Shown: positions 57,707 to 64,000 of the stretch, one piece after another
How the letters are laid out: each line of letters begins with the position of its first letter
How positions within the stretch are numbered: the stretch's first letter is position 1
NCBI GenBank assembly: GCA_944383295.1
Contig: CALWOW010000013.1
Location: 1,043 to 65,042 of the forward strand
Source of the DNA: an uncultured Clostridia bacterium
GTDB taxonomy: Bacteria; Bacillota; Clostridia; Christensenellales; UBA1242
DNA length: 64,000 nt
Reading direction: 5' to 3'
Position numbers and translations under genes: made by a program
The notes under the pieces: generated by a model
Databases searched by the model: none
What the model was told of the DNA's origin: nothing
Seen by the model: the letters and a program-made list of their open reading frames with translations, nothing else

Positions 57707-59395
57707 TTATTTTATGGCACTCATAAATTTTTGCGCTTGAAGTTTTAATTCTTGAGCATGCTCTAAACCTATTTTAGATGCATTATTTCCACCCGCAAGC
57801 CTAGCAATTTCACTTAACTGCCCATTTGTATCTAATTTTACCAATAAACTATTAGTTGTACCATTAACAATATTCTTTTTTATTTGAAAATGACAATTTG
57901 CAAAACTTGCAATAGTTGCTAAATGTGTAATTGCTACTATTTGATTATTACTAGCCAATTTTGCCAACTTTTTACCTACTTCAAGACTGACAATTCCACT
58001 AATACCGCTATCAATTTCATCAAAAATAAGACTATTAATTGATTGCAAATTACCCATAACAACTTTGAATGCTAACATAAATCTAGACATCTCACCGCCA
58101 GAAATTACTTTTATCAAAGGCTTTAATGGTTCGCCCAAATTTGCCGAAAACATAAATTCAACATCATCTGCACCATCGCTTTGCGGTTGTTTCATCGTAA
58201 ATTCAACATTAAAAGTAGCATTTTTCATTCCTAGTTGTGATAACTCCATTACAACATTTTTACAAAGTTGTTGAGCACCCTGTTTGCGCAAATCTGTCAT
58301 TAGACTACATAAATTATTAATTTTATTATTTATTGCTTGAAGTTCTATATTGTTTTTTTCCAACAACTCTTCCGTATCTTCAAGTTCAATCAATCTATTT
58401 TTACTGCTTTCAAGAAAAGTTAAAATCTCTTCTATTGTTGAGCCATATTTTCTCTTTAGACTTTTAATCAAATCAAGCCTTTCATCAATTTTTTGGAATT
58501 CATACTCATTAAAATCAAACTCATTTATCTTTGTCTCTAATGTTTCAGAAATGTCTTTTGCTTCAATTTCTAATGTTTCCAATCTGTTTGATAATTCAGC
58601 AAAATCTTTGTCTAAACTTGCAATATTTCCCAAAATTTTTTTAGAAGTGTAACAATTTTCACTTACACTATTTCCCATACCTTCGGTTAATAATTCTCTA
58701 CAAATTTTTATAGCATCAAAAACTCGTTGATAATTTTCCATTTTTCGTTTTTTGGAGATTAAATCTTCTTCTTCACCGTTTTTCAATTCTGCTTTTTCCA
58801 ATTCTTCGATTTGAAAGTTTAGCATATCTTTTTCACGTTCTCTTGAAAACTCATCTCCACCCAGATTTGCTATTTTGTTTTCGATTTCCTTTTTTTGATT
58901 TAGTAATAAACTTAAATCATTTTTAGCATCTTCGATTGATTTGCCCAAGTAGTTATCCAAAAAAACTAAATGCATTTCTTTATTTAATAGAGATTGTTGT
59001 TCGTGCTGTCCATATATATCAGCCAAATGACAAGAAATTTTTTTAAGCATTGTCAAGTTTATAGTTTCTCCGTTTAGTTTTATATCGCTTTTGCCTTCTT
59101 GATTAATTTTTCTGCTTATAATTAAAATATCATCATAAGGTAGCCCCAAATCATTCAAGGTGTTTTTTATTCCTATATTATTAGATATATCAAACACTGC
59201 TTCAATTTTTGCAAATTCACAATTTGTACGGATATTACTTTTATCGGCACGCTCACCAAGAACAAAACTAATTGCAGAAATAAAGGACGATTTACCTGCA
59301 CCTGTTTCACCTGTAATAATATTTAAACCATCCCCAAACTCAACTTCCATATCTTTTATAAGCGCAAAGTCTTTTATCTTAATGCTTTTTATCAT
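57707..59395 (-). CDS. recN: DNA repair protein RecN
   Basis: SMC-like: Walker A GETGAGKS, long coiled coil, C-terminal ISGGEMSR and FDEIDSGISG. Confidence 0.95.
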   Translation of the reverse strand: MIKSIKIKDFALIKDMEVEFGDGLNIITGETGAGKSSFISAISFVLGERADKSNIRTNCEFAKIEAVFDISNNIGIKNTLNDLGLPYDDILIISRKINQEGKSDIKLNGETINLTMLKKISCHLADIYGQHEQQSLLNKEMHLVFLDNYLGKSIEDAKNDLSLLLNQKKEIENKIANLGGDEFSREREKDMLNFQIEELEKAELKNGEEEDLISKKRKMENYQRVFDAIKICRELLTEGMGNSVSENCYTSKKILGNIASLDKDFAELSNRLETLEIEAKDISETLETKINEFDFNEYEFQKIDERLDLIKSLKRKYGSTIEEILTFLESSKNRLIELEDTEELLEKNNIELQAINNKINNLCSLMTDLRKQGAQQLCKNVVMELSQLGMKNATFNVEFTMKQPQSDGADDVEFMFSANLGEPLKPLIKVISGGEMSRFMLAFKVVMGNLQSINSLIFDEIDSGISGIVSLEVGKKLAKLASNNQIVAITHLATIASFANCHFQIKKNIVNGTTNSLLVKLDTNGQLSEIARLAGGNNASKIGLEHAQELKLQAQKFMSAIK

Positions 59396-59426
59396 TACTA
59401 CACCTCGCTCAAATGTTCTATTTTAG

Positions 59427-59455
59427 ATTATAGAACAAATGAACTAAAAAAGCAA
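59427..59455 (-). promoter_or_regulatory. sigma-A promoter candidate for recN (TTGCTT-17-TATAAT) flanked by GAAC half-sites
   Basis: Minus strand: TTGCTT at 59455-59450, TATAAT at 59432-59427. TGTTCTA-N10-TAGAACA inverted repeat at 59414-59437. Confidence 0.4.
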
Positions 59456-59501
59456 ATGTTTTGAACCAAAAAGAATTAATTTAGTTTAAAATTTTGTGAT
59501 T

Positions 59502-59541
59502 AAAAAAAAGAACTTTACTGTTATCGCAAAGTTCCTTTTTT
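59502..59541 (-). terminator. rho-independent terminator after argR
   Basis: GAACTTT-N11-AAAGTTC hairpin (59510-59534) with an A8 run and a T6 run on its flanks. Confidence 0.65.
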
Positions 59542-59626
59542 GATTGCAAATTCTAAAAGAATTAATTTTATATCGCTTCATTTTTTAAATAGTTAATAAG
59601 TGTTATAAACTAAAATTTTAAATTAA

Positions 59627-60082
59627 TTAATTGTTTAATAAATCTTCCAAACGCATTTTAACTTGTTTTGCGTTTTCTTCGCTATCTGTAATGATAAGTA
59701 TAGTATCATCACCTGTGACTATGCCTAATATAGATGTGATAGCCAAACGATCCACCACTCCAGCAACAGCTAATGTAGTACCCCTAATAGTCTTTACTAC
59801 AACTTGATTTAAAATATTAGCAATAGACAAAACAACACTTTTATATATTTCATTTGCTTTTGAATTAAAATTGCGGTCTTCATTATCTACAAAGGCATAC
59901 CTATATTTTTTGCTTTTCCCAGCAATTTTAAACAAACCCAACTCTTTTATATCTCGGCTAATTGTCGCTTGAGTTACATCAAAACCTGCCGATTTTAAGG
60001 CATCAACCAACTCATCTTGAGTTTCGATTTCTTGCTTGTTTATTATTTCTATAATTTTAGATTGTCGCACACTTCTTGCCAT
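59627..60082 (-). CDS. argR: arginine repressor ArgR/AhrC
   Basis: N-terminal wHTH (RQSKIIEIINKQEIETQDELVDALKSAGFDVTQATISRDIKEL). C-terminal oligomerisation domain with GTIAGDDT-like GIVTGDDTILI. Confidence 0.92.
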   Translation of the reverse strand: MARSVRQSKIIEIINKQEIETQDELVDALKSAGFDVTQATISRDIKELGLFKIAGKSKKYRYAFVDNEDRNFNSKANEIYKSVVLSIANILNQVVVKTIRGTTLAVAGVVDRLAITSILGIVTGDDTILIITDSEENAKQVKMRLEDLLNN

Positions 60083-60278
60083 GTTTCAAATTCCTTTTGT
60101 GCATTTTATATTTATACAAATTTATTATACAATATAATTTATAATTATGCAAGACTATTTTGTATAATTATTCGTTTTTAATATTTATAAATATGCATAA
60201 ACGGAATTTATATTTATACATTAGGTATGTTTTGGCTTAAATAAAGGGTTTTTAAGACATTTTAAATGCGCTTAAAAA

Positions 60279-60887
60279 TTATTTTTTACTTGTTTTTTTA
60301 AACAATGACAGTAGCTTCCCTGTCGCCAAAACCACCTTTACCGAATTATTTATTGCATAAGTTTTGCCTATTGCTTTACCCAAAACTGAAATTGATGCGA
60401 TGATAGAACTAATTAAAATCGACATTAAAATACTATTAAACTGCGGAAAATATGAAATTAAAATTATGGAAATTGTTACTCCACCTGCTCCGCTTAAAAT
60501 ACTGCATATATCACCCACAACATCGGTACAAATGCAAGAAATTTTGTCAGCATTTTTAACTAATTTAATAGAAACATCTGCGCCTCGTATTCCTTTTTGC
60601 TTATAATCGAGCAAAGGTCTAATACTGCAAGCTGTAACAGCCATACCTATCAAATCAAATATAACACTTACAACGACCAGTAAAACTATTAAAAACAAAG
60701 AAAGCGCTAGACTTGCATTTGCTAGCATTAATTCTGATATTAGAGCAAACATTATTGAGAAGCAAAGAGAAACAAAAAAAATTTGTACTAACCAAACTTT
60801 ATTTGACTTTGCTTTAGGTTTTGTTGTTGTAGAAAATATTTCTACCTTGTATTGCTCATACTCTTTATTTAGCTTATCATTTTCCAC
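60279..60887 (-). CDS. integral membrane protein, function unknown (possibly DUF21/CNNM-like TM domain)
   Basis: Four hydrophobic helices. GTG start without SD, so the start is uncertain. Sits between xseB and argR. Confidence 0.45.
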   Translation of the reverse strand: MENDKLNKEYEQYKVEIFSTTTKPKAKSNKVWLVQIFFVSLCFSIMFALISELMLANASLALSLFLIVLLVVVSVIFDLIGMAVTACSIRPLLDYKQKGIRGADVSIKLVKNADKISCICTDVVGDICSILSGAGGVTISIILISYFPQFNSILMSILISSIIASISVLGKAIGKTYAINNSVKVVLATGKLLSLFKKTSKK

Positions 60888-60923
60888 ATAATTATTATAT
60901 GGTCAAGCTCGTTATTTAATGAG

Positions 60924-61130
60924 TTAATTTAAAGGTTTTTCAACCAATTTTCCTAATTCTTCTCTTAAAACTGTTACTTTCCCTTTACTATCGTTTAGCA
61001 TTTCATAACATTTTTTTGTTATTTCGGCACCTTCAGCAAATAGTTTGTTTACTTCTTCTAATTTTGTGTTCCCACTTTCCAATTGAACAACTATATCTTC
61101 TAATCTTTTTACTAATTCTTCAAAAGTCAT
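60924..61130 (-). CDS. xseB: exodeoxyribonuclease VII small subunit
   Basis: 68-aa helical protein FEELVKRLEDIVVQLESGNTKLEE. 4-nt overlap with xseA. Confidence 0.85.
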   Translation of the reverse strand: MTFEELVKRLEDIVVQLESGNTKLEEVNKLFAEGAEITKKCYEMLNDSKGKVTVLREELGKLVEKPLN

Positions 61131-62320
61131 TTCTTATTCTCCTGTTTATTCTTTACTTCACAATCTAAAACACCATCTTGTAAATTTAAAGTCAACATAT
61201 CGCCTATGTTTACCTTTTTTACACTCGATAAAATTTTACCATCATATCCAACTTGCGCATAACCCATACGTAAAATTTTAACAGGATTTACTGCTTCCAA
61301 TTTTTGAGCCAAGACATCAAAATTGTGCTCAAAATTTTTAATACATAAACTTGAAACACTATTTAAGCGATTTATTAAATTTACATAATCGGCATCAAAT
61401 TGTTTTATAAGTGATGTGCTATCTGTATCAATAGTTTTTATCAATGCATCTACTTTGTTCTGTTGGTTTTGATATAAATTTTCTACAACACGCAACAACC
61501 TTTCAGATGAAGCTCGCATATTTATTTTTAACTTGTTTAAATCTATTGTAACAAGTTCGGCAGCCGCTGATGGAGTTGGCGCGCGGACATCTGCCACAAA
61601 ATCAGCAATTGTAAAATCAGTTTCATGACCTACGGCACTAATTATAGGTTTGTTGGCCTCTGCAATAGCCATAGCAACATTTTCATTGTTAAATACGCTT
61701 AAATCTTCCGCCGAGCCACCGCCACGAGCAACAATTATAACATCTATGCTAGGTATGTTATCCAATGCTTTTATACCTTCTATTATTGTGCTATCAGCTC
61801 CTATACCCTGTACTTTTGCGGGATATAACACAATATCTAGCATTGAGTTTCGTCTATGTGAAACATCGATAATATCTTGTATAACTGCACCCGTTTCACT
61901 TGTAACCACACCTATCCGTTTTATAACTTCGGGTAAAGGTTTTTTGCGTTCCGCATCAAATAAACCTAATGCTTCTAATTTCGCTTTTAGTTCTAAAAAC
62001 TGCTTATATAATAATCCCTGTCCGTACGGCTCAATTTTATAAACATTAAAAGAAAATCTTCCACCCTTAATATAATAGTTGGGCGAGCCACTGACCAAAA
62101 CCATTTCGCCTTCCTTACCTACAAATTCATTTGGTTTTAATCCAAATTTAACGCAATTTAGTACAGCATTTTCATCTTTTATACTAAAGTAAACATTATT
62201 ACCTGAATACGATATACCCGATATTTCTCCATACAACTGTATATTTTGTAGCAGTTCTTCGGCTAAAAAAATATTGTGAACATAAGTATTAAACTGACTT
62301 ACACTTATAATATTACTCAT
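61127..62320 (-). CDS. xseA: exodeoxyribonuclease VII large subunit
   Basis: N-terminal OB fold, central GVVTSETGAVIQDI and ARGGGSAEDL motifs. 397 aa. Confidence 0.93.
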   Translation of the reverse strand: MSNIISVSQFNTYVHNIFLAEELLQNIQLYGEISGISYSGNNVYFSIKDENAVLNCVKFGLKPNEFVGKEGEMVLVSGSPNYYIKGGRFSFNVYKIEPYGQGLLYKQFLELKAKLEALGLFDAERKKPLPEVIKRIGVVTSETGAVIQDIIDVSHRRNSMLDIVLYPAKVQGIGADSTIIEGIKALDNIPSIDVIIVARGGGSAEDLSVFNNENVAMAIAEANKPIISAVGHETDFTIADFVADVRAPTPSAAAELVTIDLNKLKINMRASSERLLRVVENLYQNQQNKVDALIKTIDTDSTSLIKQFDADYVNLINRLNSVSSLCIKNFEHNFDVLAQKLEAVNPVKILRMGYAQVGYDGKILSSVKKVNIGDMLTLNLQDGVLDCEVKNKQENKK

Positions 62321-62723
62321 TGCATATTTCCTTATAAATCTTTCCTAAAACGCTATTAACAAAACCTGTGCTTTTATCAGATGAATATTTTTTTACTAAA
62401 TTGATTGCTTCATTGATAACAACTTTTGGTGGTGTGTTTTCACAATATTTTAATTCATAAGTTGCAAGCAATATAGCGCTTAAATCAGCAGAAAAAACAC
62501 GCTCCAAAGCGTATTTATCTACATTTTGTTTAATAATATCTAACAATTCATCTTTGTGCGCTTCAACTCCATTTACAACGCTTTTTACATACTCCAACTC
62601 GCTTTCGGTAATTGGTTTGGAATCTAAAATATCCATTAACGCTTCTTGACTAAAACCATTATGGTTGAATTGATTTGAAAAAAGCATTAAATACGCAGTT
62701 TCCCTTGCTGTTGTTCTACTCAT
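62313..62723 (-). CDS. nusB: transcription antitermination factor NusB
   Basis: 136-aa helical protein with RTTARETAYLMLF and the INEAINLVKKY region. Upstream of xseA, as in Bacillus. Confidence 0.9.
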   Translation of the reverse strand: MSRTTARETAYLMLFSNQFNHNGFSQEALMDILDSKPITESELEYVKSVVNGVEAHKDELLDIIKQNVDKYALERVFSADLSAILLATYELKYCENTPPKVVINEAINLVKKYSSDKSTGFVNSVLGKIYKEICNE

Positions 62724-62744
62724 TATTTTCTCCTTTAAATAGGT

Positions 62745-62770
62745 AAAAACCCCAAAGATTTGGGGTTTAA
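62745..62770 (-). terminator. hairpin/terminator candidate between asp23 and nusB
   Basis: AAACCCCA-N6-TGGGGTTT stem overlapping the asp23 stop. Short U-run on the minus strand. Confidence 0.5.
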
Positions 62771-63135
62771 TCTACCTTTGCAAATTCTACGCCTAAAGCG
62801 TGTACATTTATCGCCTTTACAGGCATTTCAGTCATAGAGATGATACTATTCTTTATATTTTCCTGAACTCTACAAGCAACATCGGCAACATTAAAATTTG
62901 AATATACATTCAAGTACACATCTATAACTAAACCATCTTTTGCGTGTGTGATTTTAACACCTTCATAATAATTAGTGCTAAAAATTTTCCCAAGTTTTGA
63001 ACCACCAAAGTTTGCACATAGACTAGATACACCACTTATCTCTTTTGCTGCCAAATTGATAATTGACAATAAAATCGCTTTGTTGTAACTAACTCTACCG
63101 TGTTGACCTTGACCGTTTGTTTGCTCAATAGCCAT
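62767..63135 (-). CDS. Asp23/Gls24 family alkaline shock protein (YqhY-like)
   Basis: 122 aa, with IINLAAKEISGV and GLVIDVYLNV patterns typical of Asp23. Same position as B. subtilis yqhY, upstream of nusB. Confidence 0.85.
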   Translation of the reverse strand: MAIEQTNGQGQHGRVSYNKAILLSIINLAAKEISGVSSLCANFGGSKLGKIFSTNYYEGVKITHAKDGLVIDVYLNVYSNFNVADVACRVQENIKNSIISMTEMPVKAINVHALGVEFAKVD

Positions 63136-63191
63136 AATACACCCCTAAAAAAATCTAGCATTATTATATCATAGCGAAACGGCGAAATCAA

Positions 63192-63671
63192 CTATTCAAC
63201 AGGAATTATTTTTATATTGTCAATAGACTTGCTTGTTTGTTCTTGAACAACTTGCACAATTTGAGCAACTTGCGCATCTGTAAGTTCTGTTGCTTTGACC
63301 ATAACATTTACAAAATTATCGGTCATTGAAACAATTACATCATCAAAACCTTTTGCTTTGATATTCCCTTCAAGATATAATTCGCTTTCAATTTTTGAAG
63401 CAATATTTGCTAATGATTCTTGCGCTGATGTTTTTGCATCTGCTGTACTGCTAGCACTTTCCAAAATTGCAGTGTAATACAACTTTTCTTGCTCTCTTGC
63501 TGTATCTCTGTCTGCTCTATAAGTAGTAAAGAAATTTGCAGAAGTTACCGTTCCCCCTGTGTGAATCGCCTCACCAGTGCCTTGATTTAATGTTATGTTT
63601 AAAAAACCTGTCAAAACAAGCAATCCCATCATTACGCTTAAAACAATTATTTTCTTTTTCTTTGTAACCAT
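63192..63671 (-). CDS. spoIIIAH: stage III sporulation protein AH
   Basis: N-terminal TM, FFTTYRADRDTAREQ motif region, C-terminal YscJ/FliF-like fold. Last gene of the spoIIIA operon. Confidence 0.8.
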   Translation of the reverse strand: MVTKKKKIIVLSVMMGLLVLTGFLNITLNQGTGEAIHTGGTVTSANFFTTYRADRDTAREQEKLYYTAILESASSTADAKTSAQESLANIASKIESELYLEGNIKAKGFDDVIVSMTDNFVNVMVKATELTDAQVAQIVQVVQEQTSKSIDNIKIIPVE

Positions 63672-63685
63672 TTTATATACTCCTT

Positions 63686-64000
63686 TTAATTATTACCCTT
63701 GACAAAAATTTCAATTTGCGAACTTTGTACATTTAAAAGCGCTTGAACAGCCTTTAAAATGTCAAGTTTTACTCGCACATCATTTGCACCGCTCGCTACC
63801 ACCACAATGCCTTTGATATCTGGCATTATTTCATAAAGAACAAGTGGCTCGCTAGAACCGTTTACAGTAATTAGTATTGGCTCTTTGTTTGAAGTTGAAG
63901 TTTCGGTTTTGTTTGTTGTGCCATTTGAAGTTGTATTTTGAGTCGAACTATTTTTTTCATCGTTTGAATAAGCTAATACCCTTTCGATTTCACCATCTAA
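63686..64000 (-). CDS. spoIIIAG: stage III sporulation protein AG (3' part; 5' end beyond window)
   Basis: Not in the ORF track because there is no start in the window. My minus-strand translation ends ...PDIKGIVVVASGANDVRVKLDILKAVQALLNVQSSQIEIFVKGNN*, the SpoIIIAG C-terminal pattern. Followed by the SD of spoIIIAH. Confidence 0.7.
   Translation of the reverse strand, partial: LDGEIERVLAYSNDEKNSSTQNTTSNGTTNKTETSTSNKEPILITVNGSSEPLVLYEIMPDIKGIVVVASGANDVRVKLDILKAVQALLNVQSSQIEIFVKGNN

Noticed and set aside
322-63477. The many 60-135-aa antisense or overlapping ORFs in the supplied track, for example 322..546, 1028..1228, 1268..1534, 3058..3297, 10348..10731, 16037..16354, 20465..20875, 28093..28434, 37493..37798, 46067..46474, 47862..48495, 50259..50594, 58350..58652, 61650..62042.
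   Set aside because: Each lies entirely inside, and antisense or out of frame to, a long ORF with unmistakable homology. None has an SD. Their translations are compositional mirror images (F/L/S/I-rich) of AT-rich coding DNA.

Overview
Visibly AT-rich, standard-genetic-code chromosomal segment from an endospore-forming low-GC Firmicute, judged from gene content. I call about 57 CDS, one tRNA-Trp(CCA) and one Phe T-box leader. Almost all of it is core housekeeping. On the left, mostly on the + strand: ruvAB, yajC-secDF, recJ, rpsO, tatD, tcdA, rlmN, ftsK/spoIIIE, rimO-pgsA-X-recA, rny, rnhA. On the right, mostly on the - strand: miaB-mutS-mutL-miaA, a cysteine desulfurase-thiI pair, pheST, yunB, spoVAC-AD-AE, a dac gene, spoIIM, spo0A, spoIVB, recN, argR, xseAB, nusB, asp23, spoIIIAG-AH. 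Order is largely collinear with the Bacillus subtilis spoIIIA...spo0A and pgsA-cinA-recA-rny regions, with several genes missing. I found no CRISPR array, rRNA, IS element, prophage or recognisable defence island. I cannot claim a clearly novel multi-gene system. The least ordinary part is 24.9-33.7 kb, where gene orientation flips from rightward to leftward. That stretch holds a divergent ABC-2 transporter/TVP38 pair, a fused PadR-linker-4TM regulator divergent from a DUF45/M48-type metallopeptidase, and a 518-bp ORF-free AT-rich region. The ORF-free region contains a perfect 14-6-14 inverted repeat and three copies of a 13-bp palindrome, and lies directly upstream of an XerS/XerD-like tyrosine recombinase and lexA. 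My best hypothesis is a single-recombinase dimer-resolution or site-specific recombination module near the replication terminus. Other points worth a second look: a Spo0A orthologue whose receiver domain seems to lack the phospho-acceptor Asp; an Asn/Thr-rich secreted protein where spoIIAA-spoIIAB-sigF normally sits; apparently leaderless, SD-less starts for spoIIM, yunB and the TVP38 gene; an unrecognisable ORF in the cinA slot; and GAAC-N4-GTTT SOS boxes. All homology calls come from reading the translations by eye and motif memory. No database search was run.
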